A stretch of 64,000 nt of DNA from an uncultured euryarchaeote (GTDB lineage: Archaea > Thermoplasmatota > Poseidoniia > Poseidoniales > Poseidoniaceae). The stretch covers positions 96,001 to 160,000 of the forward strand of contig CALBRH010000051.1 of assembly GCA_937899865.1 (NCBI GenBank), read 5' to 3'. Below the pieces are notes generated by a model, which was given only the letters and a program-made list of their open reading frames with translations, was not told where the DNA came from and did no database searches. Both the position numbers and the translations under genes were made by a program. Shown here piece by piece: positions 38,533-49,183 of this stretch. Position 1 is the stretch's first letter. Each line of letters starts with the position of its first letter.

Positions 38533-41500
38533 ATGGTAAAGATAGAGTATCTAGATAATCCACAAGATACTGAGGATCTACTTGCTATACTCTGCCCACC
38601 AGTTAGAAATTGGTTCAAAGATAAATTCCCAGATTTTACGAGACCACAAAAACTAGCAATACCTGCGATTATGGATAGAAAACATCTATTGCTATGTTCA
38701 CCCACTGGTTCAGGTAAAACTCTAACCGCATTTTTAACAGTGATTGATCAATTAGTAAGGATGGCGCTGGATGGCAAATTACAGAAAAAAGTTCACTGTG
38801 TATATATTTCTCCTATCAAAGCATTAGCCAATGATATTCAAAGAAATCTTATTGGGCCATTAACTGAAATCTCAGAAAAATATCTACCAGATAGAGCTCA
38901 AGAAATTAAAGTCGGTCTTAGGACAGGTGACACACCACAATCAGAACGACAGAGGATGTTAAGACACCCTCCACATATCTTGATTACAACCCCAGAAAGT
39001 TTAGCTATTGCTATTACTTCACAGAAATTCCAACCATTGGTAAGTGAACTTGAGTATATGATTGTAGATGAACTTCATTCACTTGTTCCTACAAAAAGAG
39101 GAGTCCACTTAGGATTGACATTATCATACTTGGATACTTTATTGCAGACTCCAGTACAAAGAATTGGAATTTCTGCAACTATGGAACCTTTGGAAAAAGT
39201 TGCTGAATATCTTGTCTCAAGTGATGATAAAGAAAGCATAGGTGAAGAGAGTCATGTTAGTATTGCAAAGGTATCAGGTTCTCGTGAATTAGACATGGAC
39301 ATTATCATACCCGATAACAGATTTAGTGATTTATCTGTTATGAAAGTTTTAGAGAAAAATATCGAGGTAATTGCTGATTTAATCGCTGCTCATACAACTA
39401 CTTTGGTATTTGCCAATACCAGAAAAATGACAGAAACGTTAGTTCAAAGACTTAGACCTCACCTCGGTGATTTAATTGCTGGACACCATGGTTCAATGGA
39501 CAAAAAGATCCGTCTTGATGTAGAGAAGCGATTAAAGCATGGTCATCTGAGAGCTGTTGTCACATCATCATCTCTAGAAATGGGAATTGATATTGGTTCT
39601 GTTGATTTAGTGATACAAGTTGGTAGCCCTGGAGATATCGCTACTGCATTACAACGTATTGGCCGAGCAGGACACCACGTTGGAGGCATACCTAGGGCAA
39701 GGTTTTTGCCAACCAGTGTTGATGACTTAATTGAATTGGCTGCTCTTCAATCTGCTATTCAAAAAGGTGACATGGACATTCTTCACTTCCCTGAAAATAG
39801 TTTGGATGTTGTTGCACAATTTATGATTGGTTTAGTTATAATTAACCAAATTGACATTGATGAAGCATACGAAATAATTGTTAATTCTTGGTCATATCGA
39901 AATTTCGAATATGATGATTTCATCGAAGTTTTAGACATGCTTGAAGATGAACGAAGAATATGGGTTGATTGGGAAGAAAACATCTATGGTAAACGTGGAT
40001 ATTCAAGAATGATATACTACACAAACATTGGTACTATAGCACCTGATAATTCATATCTTGTATTCAATGCTGAAGGTTCAGTATTGGGGCAATTGAGTGG
40101 TTCATTTGTATCAAATCTAAGAAGTGGAGACGTGATTTTGCTCGGTGGCTCAACTTATCGGGTAACAAATATACAGGGTACTAGAGTTAATGTTACAGCA
40201 GTTACCGGTTATAGACCAACTGTTCCATCGTGGTCTGGAGAGGCTCGTTCAAGGTCTAGTGAATTGTCAGGAGCATTATTAGAACTAATTGGACATTGCA
40301 TAGTGGCATTGCGTAAAGAGATGGATCCAAGAATGATACTATGCGATGCATATGGATTATCTACAATAGTTGCAAATTGCATAGCACGTCACTTAGAAGA
40401 GCATTCTTTAGATTCATTCCAAGTGCCTGATCCAAACCGAATATTGGTCGAACAAATCATAAGTAGTGGCCATCCAACATATATGATTACTACTTGCCGA
40501 GGAAGAGGTTTCAATACTGCACTTGGATATTTCCTTGCAGGTTTAGCGGAATCTAATGGCACTAGTGTCATTGAAATGTCATTTGACGAAAATGGCCTAT
40601 TACTAAGAACATCTCAAGAAATCGATCCAAGGGATATGTATAACTCATTTAGAAATCAAAACCACATAGAAATTATTGAAAGATACATAATTAATACACA
40701 AATTTTTGCTAAGCGATTTAAGGAAGTTGCAGGTCGTTCATTGATTATTCCCAAGAGAATTGGTGCTGATGAAATTAGTCCTCAAGTTTTCCAACAAAAG
40801 GCAGATTCCTTGCTAAATAAACATAGAACTATCGAAGATAGTCTGCTGATGAGAGAAGCAAAAAATGAGATAATGTTTGCTGATATTGACCTCAATAGCT
40901 TAAATGATTTCCTCAAGTCATGTATTCAAGGTAATGCAAGAATTGTTCACCAAAAAATGACTATCCCATCTAGACTTGGGATGTCATTGTTCATGTCTGC
41001 ATTCGAAGATTTAATGTCCATGAAAACTAGAGCATTCTTAGTCAAGGATATTGACCCAACCATATTACAAAGGTTACTTGGAACACGAAGTCTAGCTACT
41101 GAACTATCAGAAAAAGAACTTAATGAATATTATCTCAACAAAGCACCTATTCCAAATGATGCTAATGGATTACTAAAATTAATGTCACATGGTGGAGGTC
41201 TTGAAAAATCATTCAATAACCCATTATACAAAGAAAAATTGCAAGGCATTAACATCGATATACTACGCGGATGGGTTCAGGAATTATGCCTCAAAGGAGA
41301 AATTGTCAAAATAAGAAATACTGGTTCATCAGAACTAGATGAAAAATGGTTTACTCCATATATGGCTGAAATTCATGGTACTTTGGGTTGTTTAGCAAGT
41401 AATGGCGGCAAGGAAGTCAAAGATCTTAGAAATTTACTTACTGAAGGATTTGAGTATGAAATCGCAATTGAATATGATGGATTAAAACCGACAAAATGGA

Positions 41501-43818
41501 AGACGATGAAGATTAGCGACCCACATGTTGCTATGCGTGTGAAGATAATTGAAATGCTCGGCTGCGAGGGCCCAAAATTAGCTAAGCAAATTGAAGAACG
41601 TTTACCATTTTCAAAGGAGTTAGTCGACAGAATATTACACGAATTAGAATCGAGAAATGTTATCTCTGTTGGTTTTTACAAGCAAACAGATGACGCTGAA
41701 TATATTCTCAAGATTGATGAACATCGCTTAACTGGAGGAGAAGAGGAAGTTGTTGAGTATCGTTGGGTTCAAAACATGGTTTTTGACAAATCATTTGCCA
41801 AATATGATGATGGTTTTTCTGCATTTGACTCACATGTAATTTTCCAGAAACAGCAGGAACTTCTCTATCGTGTTGATCAATTTAGATTTAAAGATTGGAA
41901 AGATTTACAGATGGATTCTGATGTTATTATGGGACGTCTATTACACAATAGAATTGGATATACCACGAAGAAAAATATCCCCATGCTACTTGGATTAAAA
42001 CCTGAACCATGGATTGGCCCTATGGAAGAACAATTGCTAGAAAAAATACCACCAGGCGTTAATGTTACAAGACAAGAAATTATGCAAGATTTTCCAAAAG
42101 GTGATGAGTTTAAATCTCTACAGAGAGACCTAAAAAGAGCGTTGGATAATCTTGAGCGTCAAATGTTAGTGGTTAAACAATTTGAAGATGTCATTGGCCG
42201 TAGAAGAAAATTATCCTTATTCCATAGAGTCCATGGCGTATACGAACCAACTAGTTTTGAAGATTCATTAGTTGATGTAATTAAGCGGTTGGGGCCAATC
42301 AAATCTCATACTCTAAGATTCTTTGTCACTAAGTCCTATGAAGATTTAACTATTGCATTAATGAATTTGGAAAAATCAGGAAAAATCGCCAAGGTAGTGT
42401 CATTGGTACCTGAACCAGAGGCATTTTATTGTATGCCTGAAGAGGTTGAAAAATTAAAGAGACCTAGTAGGGAAGATAGTAAATTAAGAATTCTTACTCA
42501 ATCTGACCCATATGTTTCCCGATTTATATGGGAGGTTAGAAGTATCTTGGACAGAGGTTGGTATCTCCCTGTTTTCAAAGGTGTTGACCCCATTGGCAAG
42601 GTATTGATGTTCAAAGTTAATGACTATCTTGAGGTTAAAGACTTGCATATCCCAAATGCTTACATTGAAGAATTCTGTGAGGTATTTTCCCTACTTCTCG
42701 ATAATCACTCAGACCAGTTAGTAGATGTAGCAGTTCTAACAAATTTCAACAGTGAACCTGTATCTCAATTAGACCCTGAGACTAGAAAATATTTGGAAAA
42801 TATTGGATTTAAATTGACAGGAGAACGAATGATTCGAGGTGGTATAGTTGACCCGCAACCAAGAGAAATCGCAGAACGGGCATTATTTCACCGTCACTTT
42901 TTACACCAAAACACAAGATTGGAAAATGAAGTTATTGCAATGCGAAGGATTCCAGAAGTTCGAGATGATTTTGCGTTAAGAGGTCGATGTGAAGTTTATC
43001 GTGCTAACCTCAAGAGTATGGCCAGTGCGAATAGATTGCACCAAGGTGTAAATCTTCGAGGGCATCAAGTTTGGGCAACGTATGAGCATTTCCAAGATTT
43101 ATTGATTATTCGTGGCATCCCTGCAGATGAGGATTTACTTGATATTGTAGATTTCTTTTCCACTAATTCCGATCCAAATATATTCAAAGAAAGACATGCA
43201 TTATCACAATCTGAATTCAGAAAATTGATTCAGCCATTGATTAGAACAGGACATATAGTTCAAGATTTTAGAGGTGGTTTTAGAACTGTTGCTATAAAAA
43301 GTTCAATCGATCCTACTGAGTTGCGTAAAGAATATTTACGTAATATGGTTAAAGAATTTCCAATTATTACTTTGAAACAATTCATGAGGTTAGCTGGAAC
43401 ACCATTCAAACCTGAGGAAATTAAATCTGTACTAAACTCATTTGAAGAGGATGGCACCTTGATTAAAGGATTCTTGATCGAAGATTTACATGAAGTATGT
43501 TGGGGTCGTAAAGAATTACTAGATGAGGCAAAGGATATTCGGCCAATCAGAGACTTTGTTTTACCACCAAGTGACCCAATATCACCATATTTTGCAGATG
43601 TTCTGAAAGAAAAATTCGGATTTGGGTCAGCATATTTAGTTTTCAAAAATGCTGAGCCAGTCGCAGCATTCAAAGCAAATACTCGTAACAAAATTATCGA
43701 AGTCAAGGATTATGAAGGTTCTGAAAAAGGGTGGAGAATAGTCAAAGAATTTGCTTGGGAACATCAAATGCCTCTTGAAACTGAATTAAGAATCGGTGGC
43801 AAAAAGATGAACCGTTAG
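38533..43818 (+). CDS. lhr: Lhr-family SF2 helicase, long form (1761 aa)
   Basis: PTGSGKT, TTPESL, VDELH, SAT, HHGS, SSLEMGIDIG, QRIGRAGH, P...LDVVAQ, PSW; extended C-terminal region. Confidence 0.92.
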   Translation: MVKIEYLDNPQDTEDLLAILCPPVRNWFKDKFPDFTRPQKLAIPAIMDRKHLLLCSPTGSGKTLTAFLTVIDQLVRMALDGKLQKKVHCVYISPIKALANDIQRNLIGPLTEISEKYLPDRAQEIKVGLRTGDTPQSERQRMLRHPPHILITTPESLAIAITSQKFQPLVSELEYMIVDELHSLVPTKRGVHLGLTLSYLDTLLQTPVQRIGISATMEPLEKVAEYLVSSDDKESIGEESHVSIAKVSGSRELDMDIIIPDNRFSDLSVMKVLEKNIEVIADLIAAHTTTLVFANTRKMTETLVQRLRPHLGDLIAGHHGSMDKKIRLDVEKRLKHGHLRAVVTSSSLEMGIDIGSVDLVIQVGSPGDIATALQRIGRAGHHVGGIPRARFLPTSVDDLIELAALQSAIQKGDMDILHFPENSLDVVAQFMIGLVIINQIDIDEAYEIIVNSWSYRNFEYDDFIEVLDMLEDERRIWVDWEENIYGKRGYSRMIYYTNIGTIAPDNSYLVFNAEGSVLGQLSGSFVSNLRSGDVILLGGSTYRVTNIQGTRVNVTAVTGYRPTVPSWSGEARSRSSELSGALLELIGHCIVALRKEMDPRMILCDAYGLSTIVANCIARHLEEHSLDSFQVPDPNRILVEQIISSGHPTYMITTCRGRGFNTALGYFLAGLAESNGTSVIEMSFDENGLLLRTSQEIDPRDMYNSFRNQNHIEIIERYIINTQIFAKRFKEVAGRSLIIPKRIGADEISPQVFQQKADSLLNKHRTIEDSLLMREAKNEIMFADIDLNSLNDFLKSCIQGNARIVHQKMTIPSRLGMSLFMSAFEDLMSMKTRAFLVKDIDPTILQRLLGTRSLATELSEKELNEYYLNKAPIPNDANGLLKLMSHGGGLEKSFNNPLYKEKLQGINIDILRGWVQELCLKGEIVKIRNTGSSELDEKWFTPYMAEIHGTLGCLASNGGKEVKDLRNLLTEGFEYEIAIEYDGLKPTKWKTMKISDPHVAMRVKIIEMLGCEGPKLAKQIEERLPFSKELVDRILHELESRNVISVGFYKQTDDAEYILKIDEHRLTGGEEEVVEYRWVQNMVFDKSFAKYDDGFSAFDSHVIFQKQQELLYRVDQFRFKDWKDLQMDSDVIMGRLLHNRIGYTTKKNIPMLLGLKPEPWIGPMEEQLLEKIPPGVNVTRQEIMQDFPKGDEFKSLQRDLKRALDNLERQMLVVKQFEDVIGRRRKLSLFHRVHGVYEPTSFEDSLVDVIKRLGPIKSHTLRFFVTKSYEDLTIALMNLEKSGKIAKVVSLVPEPEAFYCMPEEVEKLKRPSREDSKLRILTQSDPYVSRFIWEVRSILDRGWYLPVFKGVDPIGKVLMFKVNDYLEVKDLHIPNAYIEEFCEVFSLLLDNHSDQLVDVAVLTNFNSEPVSQLDPETRKYLENIGFKLTGERMIRGGIVDPQPREIAERALFHRHFLHQNTRLENEVIAMRRIPEVRDDFALRGRCEVYRANLKSMASANRLHQGVNLRGHQVWATYEHFQDLLIIRGIPADEDLLDIVDFFSTNSDPNIFKERHALSQSEFRKLIQPLIRTGHIVQDFRGGFRTVAIKSSIDPTELRKEYLRNMVKEFPIITLKQFMRLAGTPFKPEEIKSVLNSFEEDGTLIKGFLIEDLHEVCWGRKELLDEAKDIRPIRDFVLPPSDPISPYFADVLKEKFGFGSAYLVFKNAEPVAAFKANTRNKIIEVKDYEGSEKGWRIVKEFAWEHQMPLETELRIGGKKMNR

Positions 43819-43874
43819 AAAAATCACATGACCACTACATTTTAATGGGGCCAGTCTAACCATTACCTGTTAAC

Positions 43875-46800
43875 ATGCGAGCATATAGCAAATCTGTTTT
43901 GATTGTGGTTCTTTTTTTGTTGTCATTAACTGTTCCTGTAATGTCTGTCAGTGCTCAGGGTGAATCTCCATCTCAAATAGAAGTTTTACATACTGCTATC
44001 AATCCAAATAATAACAAAACTTACCACTTACTCAGTGAAGGATCTTGGTCAGATTCGGCAGAGGTTGCACGTGCATTAGATGGTTTTCTAACAACTGTTG
44101 ATGATGCTGTAGAGAATCAATGGATTTTCGAAACCTTTGCTAATTACGATCAACAATCTAGGCATTTATGGATAGGTCTATCTGATTCAAATCAAGAAGG
44201 CGACTACCGTTGGCATGATGGCACACCTTTCCATTACAGGGACTGGGGACAAGATCAGCCTTCAGCGAGTGATGCGGAAAATTTTGTTCACATAGCTGGA
44301 ACTAACATGGGCAACATAATGCCTGGTACATGGAACGATTTAGATGATGACCCACAATACTTCCCAGTTTATGGTGTGGTTGAAGTTGGTGAAGCAGTAG
44401 ACTATGCTCTACGATTTGATGGTAATGATGACCAAATAATTATTGATGAAGACATTCCTTCTTTCACAGATAAAATTTCAATTACTGCTTCGATTAATTC
44501 ACCAGATAACAGCGGAATACAATTTATAACTATGCTTGGTGATTATGGATGGGGACTTTACATTAACAATGGACTTGTTGCCTATGCAAGCGAGTATTCA
44601 ATTTCTCGACATCCAACATCTAACACCAGTATAGTAGAAGATGTTTGGACCGAAATATCGGTAGAAATTGAAGAAGGGATAGGTGGACATTTCCTAATCG
44701 ATGGAGAATTGGCTGGTGAAATTAGTGCTGAAGACGCTAAGATACCACAAGGCGACTTCGGTTCCAATGATTGTTTTCAATCTGGAGAAGATTGCGATGA
44801 ATTGTACATAGGTAAGATGGGAGCAGGTTGTGACTGCAATTATTATCGGGGTATGATTGATTCTTTGTCAATAAATAATCAAGAACATTCACTAACTTGG
44901 GAATTCCTTGAAGGTGAAGGTCCAATCACAGAAGATGAAACTGGTAATTTCCAAGGTGAAATTGTAGGTGCTTCATGGGTAATGCCTGATGGGACAATTG
45001 TTGCCCAAGCAATCCAGTTATTTTCTGATGAAGAAATATATGGTATAAGTGGCCAGAGAGGCGACCAATTACTATTTTTTGTTGAGATTGAGTCTTTGAC
45101 CAAGAATCTATTTATTGAGGCATTCTTTGAGTATAATGGTGAAGAATGGGGTGATTCTTCATTTGATGCATACTTTAGTCATGACGCCATACCGAATTCA
45201 TGGGACTATGATGAAATTTATGACGATGTAACAGAATACATGTGGATGGATTGGTCGTGGCCTGATGAAGGTATTATGTGGATGGTAATTGTTCCAAGAA
45301 CAGACATAGAAGACCTTGCAATTTATACTTATATGGATATTGCAGATCCGCCCCCTTCGATAGATGAAATGACTGAATTAGTCAATGAAATACCTGTAAC
45401 TGGTCAAAAAATAAACGCTGGTAGAGGTGCTCCTGATGAAGATAGAGTATTGTATTATTATGTCAATGTTACAGAAAATCTCTCAGCTTTAACTGTAAAA
45501 ACATATGGTGGTAGCGGTAACATTGATTTGGCAATTTCCTCTCAAACTGTCCCTGACCCATTCAATTCTTTTTGGGGCTGGAATGAGCCTTGGTTTGAGG
45601 AATTTGACGACGTAGGTATTTTTGGTGAATTTGTTAATATTGATACTAAATCAGATTGGTCAATTGGTCCTGGAAATGAACACCAAGTAAATCTCTATGA
45701 TGTTAAACCTGGAATATACTACATAACCGCATACACCTATGGTAAGGCTAATGATTTTACTATAGTAGCATCTATGTCATTTGAACCTCAAAATATTGAG
45801 CCAGAAGATGCAATTGAGTTAACTCCAGGCATACCATATGGCCCTCTAAGTGGCTATAATGGATTAAGTCAGTATTTCAAAATCAATGTTCCTGAAGCAA
45901 CTGAAAGATTGGTTGTCGACCTTAATTCTGGTTTTGGTGAGGCATCTCTTTACATGAAATTATCAGACTCGCCAACAACTAATGACTACATGCACAAAAG
46001 CAACAGTCCTGGTTCTGGTGATAAAATAGGGTTTAATGATCCAACTCCAGGAATGTGGTATATCTTACTTGATACAGAAATGGTGTTTGGTGATGTTACA
46101 ATAACTGCTTCCTTTGAAGATAGATATGTTTGGGAATATGATGGAAACCCAATTCAGTTATTCAATGGGGAAGAAATTTCAGGTATTGAGGCTCCAACTG
46201 GTGAGTCACTAAATTTCTTTGTGGAATTAGAAAAACCAGGTGAATATTTAATGATACAAACCTATGGAGGTAATGGTGATTTAGTAATGACTGCTACTGG
46301 AAATTCTTTAGTATTCGGTTTCGAGGATTTCTTTGATTTCTTTGAAGATGACAAGTCTTTTGACGAAGAAGGCAGACAAAGACCTGGTAACAATTTTGAT
46401 AGTGAAGAAGTAACACTTACTTCTGATGGATTCGGAACAGAACAAATGATTTACCTAGATCTACCTGCTAACGGAAGATTTGACATTTCTGTTGATGCAC
46501 TAGAAGAAATCAGTGAAGTTACAATTGTGGCAAGTTGGGTTTACTCTGACTTCATAGAACCAATTGAAGAACCTCAAGATCCAATCGTTAGCCAAAACTG
46601 TCGAGATATTGCCGAAAACGAGATGACTAGTAAAGATAAAGATAGCAATGGCGTACTAAGTAAAACTGAATTTGAGTCAATCATATTAAATGACAATAAA
46701 TTAGATTTTACAAAATCTGATATCAATGTTGATGGTGAAATTGAATTCTCTGAATTATTGCAGATTTCATGTTCATGTAATAATGAACTAGAATTGATAT

Positions 46801-47510
46801 TTACTCAGTTATCACCGGAAGATGATGAAGTTAGCATAGAGAAATTATCATCACAAGTATATGAAAATAAGTACAACTTCTTTGACATAGACAGTAATTC
46901 AAATTTAAGAATATCACGTTCTGAAATCGACATCCTAATACTACTTTGTGACACAACCTTTGATGCATTTGATGGTGATGGTGATGGAGTTCCTGATGAT
47001 GAAGATGCATTTCCAAATGATCCTGATGAAACCAAAGACACTGATGGAGATGGTGTTGGCGACAATGCCGACTTAGCCCCTTCAGTGTCTAATGATTTGA
47101 TTTATTCAGCTGGAGCAATTCTAGCTATTGGATTGCTTGCCATGTTGGTTCTTGTATCAAGAAGTTCTAGAGGAGGTGATGTGAATTCAGCGTGGGAATC
47201 AGATAAGCAGTACAATCTGGCTGAACAAATGCTTAACATGCAAGAGTCACCAATGGTTATGGAACAACAAATTGAGACACCACAAGACTCGTATGAAGTA
47301 GATAATGTCATGGATAAAAGAGAAATTGTTGATAATAAAACAACCAATAGTGACAATCTTTTCGAACAATTACTTTCCCAACCTGAGTCGCCTCCAAATC
47401 AGTTACTTGGAATGATTGATAGTAATGGTATTGAAGTGATTGAATTCCCAATGGGTTCAGGAAATATGTGGCAAAGAAGCAATCCTAATCAATCTTGGAT
47501 CAAAAAATAA
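43875..47510 (+). CDS. Large cell-surface protein: C-type lectin, LamG, several PPC-like domains, EF-hands, TSP3-like repeat, TM
   Basis: Signal peptide; WIGLSD...WHDGTPF...QPS...WND; ALRFDG...YRGMIDSL; YFKINVP...TPGMWYIL; DKDSNGVLSKTEF, DINVDGEIEFSEL, DIDSNSNLRISRSE; DGDGDGVPDDEDAFPNDP. Confidence 0.75.
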   Translation: MRAYSKSVLIVVLFLLSLTVPVMSVSAQGESPSQIEVLHTAINPNNNKTYHLLSEGSWSDSAEVARALDGFLTTVDDAVENQWIFETFANYDQQSRHLWIGLSDSNQEGDYRWHDGTPFHYRDWGQDQPSASDAENFVHIAGTNMGNIMPGTWNDLDDDPQYFPVYGVVEVGEAVDYALRFDGNDDQIIIDEDIPSFTDKISITASINSPDNSGIQFITMLGDYGWGLYINNGLVAYASEYSISRHPTSNTSIVEDVWTEISVEIEEGIGGHFLIDGELAGEISAEDAKIPQGDFGSNDCFQSGEDCDELYIGKMGAGCDCNYYRGMIDSLSINNQEHSLTWEFLEGEGPITEDETGNFQGEIVGASWVMPDGTIVAQAIQLFSDEEIYGISGQRGDQLLFFVEIESLTKNLFIEAFFEYNGEEWGDSSFDAYFSHDAIPNSWDYDEIYDDVTEYMWMDWSWPDEGIMWMVIVPRTDIEDLAIYTYMDIADPPPSIDEMTELVNEIPVTGQKINAGRGAPDEDRVLYYYVNVTENLSALTVKTYGGSGNIDLAISSQTVPDPFNSFWGWNEPWFEEFDDVGIFGEFVNIDTKSDWSIGPGNEHQVNLYDVKPGIYYITAYTYGKANDFTIVASMSFEPQNIEPEDAIELTPGIPYGPLSGYNGLSQYFKINVPEATERLVVDLNSGFGEASLYMKLSDSPTTNDYMHKSNSPGSGDKIGFNDPTPGMWYILLDTEMVFGDVTITASFEDRYVWEYDGNPIQLFNGEEISGIEAPTGESLNFFVELEKPGEYLMIQTYGGNGDLVMTATGNSLVFGFEDFFDFFEDDKSFDEEGRQRPGNNFDSEEVTLTSDGFGTEQMIYLDLPANGRFDISVDALEEISEVTIVASWVYSDFIEPIEEPQDPIVSQNCRDIAENEMTSKDKDSNGVLSKTEFESIILNDNKLDFTKSDINVDGEIEFSELLQISCSCNNELELIFTQLSPEDDEVSIEKLSSQVYENKYNFFDIDSNSNLRISRSEIDILILLCDTTFDAFDGDGDGVPDDEDAFPNDPDETKDTDGDGVGDNADLAPSVSNDLIYSAGAILAIGLLAMLVLVSRSSRGGDVNSAWESDKQYNLAEQMLNMQESPMVMEQQIETPQDSYEVDNVMDKREIVDNKTTNSDNLFEQLLSQPESPPNQLLGMIDSNGIEVIEFPMGSGNMWQRSNPNQSWIKK

Positions 47511-48443
47511 TCAAGCAGATTTTTTCTTGGGTTGCATTATTCCTAAAGGTTTGAGAAGTCTTACAATATGTCTATGCAATTCAGGAAGGATTTCAAACAT
47601 TATTAGAGCCATGAAGAACATAGCAAAAAGTGAGACAAATCTTGCTGCATAATTATGTCCAAATTCAAAAATACTCATGCCATAAAATGACCAAGTTGTG
47701 TAAGTTTGATGCATCCAAATCAAGCCTACATTACGAAATACATTCAATATATGAATAACTGGGATAGTAAACAAAATCGCTCTTATTCTTCGACGCCAAT
47801 CTAGATCTAAAACTGCAATCGCTCCAATAAAAATCACCATAGATTGTAGTGCAGTACAAGCTAAAACGAAATTTATACCAATGAATGAACCATCAGCCAT
47901 TACTAACTCTGTTTGAAATGGAAATTCACCAATGGTTTCTGAACTAAACCAACGATTACCATCCCAATTATCCCAAGTAACTTTGCCAGATGATGTTTCC
48001 ACCCATGTTTCTCCAAGATGAATATCTCCAGTTCCTGAGATTCGATAAAACAAAGCAACTTGTGATGCAACAAACCAAATTGCCAAAACATTTAGCCAAG
48101 GTACGTGAGAAATAAGTAAGTACGGTCCACCTGCATAAGCCATCGCACCACGCGCCCAATTCAAGGCTTTTCTTGCCCTCAAATCCAAGGTATTGGTTTC
48201 CCATCGAGCAATTCCGATAGTAAGTGGCAAAGCTGACAAACTCATTACTGTTAAAATTAAGTCGCCTTTTTCTTGATAATTCCATGAACCTAAAAAGAAG
48301 TAAACCCCTACACACAACCAGCCAATCTGTGCTATTCGGGCTGATTCTCTAGATCTCATATGCCAAGAAATTGCTAAAGAAACTAATCCAATTGCACCAA
48401 TAATTGGAACTACCGAATTTGCCTCCATGATGATTCCAATCAT
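47511..48443 (-). CDS. Archaeosortase (exosortase/archaeosortase family, ArtA-like)
   Basis: FVLACTALQSM (Cys), LNVFRNVG (Arg), GHNY; multi-pass. Confidence 0.85.
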   Translation of the reverse strand: MIGIIMEANSVVPIIGAIGLVSLAISWHMRSRESARIAQIGWLCVGVYFFLGSWNYQEKGDLILTVMSLSALPLTIGIARWETNTLDLRARKALNWARGAMAYAGGPYLLISHVPWLNVLAIWFVASQVALFYRISGTGDIHLGETWVETSSGKVTWDNWDGNRWFSSETIGEFPFQTELVMADGSFIGINFVLACTALQSMVIFIGAIAVLDLDWRRRIRAILFTIPVIHILNVFRNVGLIWMHQTYTTWSFYGMSIFEFGHNYAARFVSLFAMFFMALIMFEILPELHRHIVRLLKPLGIMQPKKKSA

Positions 48444-48507
48444 TCGTTAGACTTCAAAACTTGCATAAGATGCAAAAAAACTTGAACAATTAGTATTACC
48501 GATACTC

Positions 48508-49179
48508 ATGGAGGGAGCGATTGTTGAAGTACTATCCACAAAGTTCCCAGCGAATATTGAGCCTAATGGTGCAATTGCATATCTTGACCGTGATGGAGTA
48601 ATCAACATTGGCAGTTCAAATTATATCAATAGTCCTGATGAATTAAGACTCTTAGAAGGGGCAGCATTTTCTATTGGAGAATTAAAAAGACATGGCTATT
48701 ATGTCTGTATAGTAACTAACCAATCTCCAATTTCACGTGGACTATGGGATGCAAAACAATTAGGTAAAATTCATCATCGTTTGCAGGAAATGTTGCTAAA
48801 TATTGATGAAGATGCTAATATTGATTTGATTATTACTTGTCCTCATCGGCATATTGACCGATGTAATTGTCGAAAACCAATGCCAGGAATGCTTTACTTA
48901 GGTCATTGCTATCTTAGAGATGGTTTATCACTTGACAAAGGAATGAATATAGATGTAAAAGTCCCAAATGAGGCAGTAAAAGTAAATTGGTGGAAAGATA
49001 AAATAATGCCGTTTAATCAATTAGATTTGATTGTTGGCGATAGAAAAAGTGATCTCGGTGCTGGATGGGCTAGGGGTATTAGATTGTATAAGGTAAATCC
49101 TGATATTGGATTACACCAAGTGATTGAAAGATTAGTAAATTTCAAAGATGAAGGTGATTTTTTCCAACCAGTGCGGTGA
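48508..49179 (+). CDS. HAD subfamily IIIA phosphatase (GmhB/histidinol-phosphatase-like)
   Basis: YLDRDGVIN, VTNQS, CPH-x5-CNCRKPMPGM, VGDRKSD. Confidence 0.9.
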   Translation: MEGAIVEVLSTKFPANIEPNGAIAYLDRDGVINIGSSNYINSPDELRLLEGAAFSIGELKRHGYYVCIVTNQSPISRGLWDAKQLGKIHHRLQEMLLNIDEDANIDLIITCPHRHIDRCNCRKPMPGMLYLGHCYLRDGLSLDKGMNIDVKVPNEAVKVNWWKDKIMPFNQLDLIVGDRKSDLGAGWARGIRLYKVNPDIGLHQVIERLVNFKDEGDFFQPVR

Positions 49180-49183
49180 AAAT

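Noticed and set aside
48508-49179. LPS heptose biosynthesis (gmhB) call
   Set aside because: HAD-IIIA motifs are clear, but no gmhA/hldE is nearby and substrate cannot be set from sequence.
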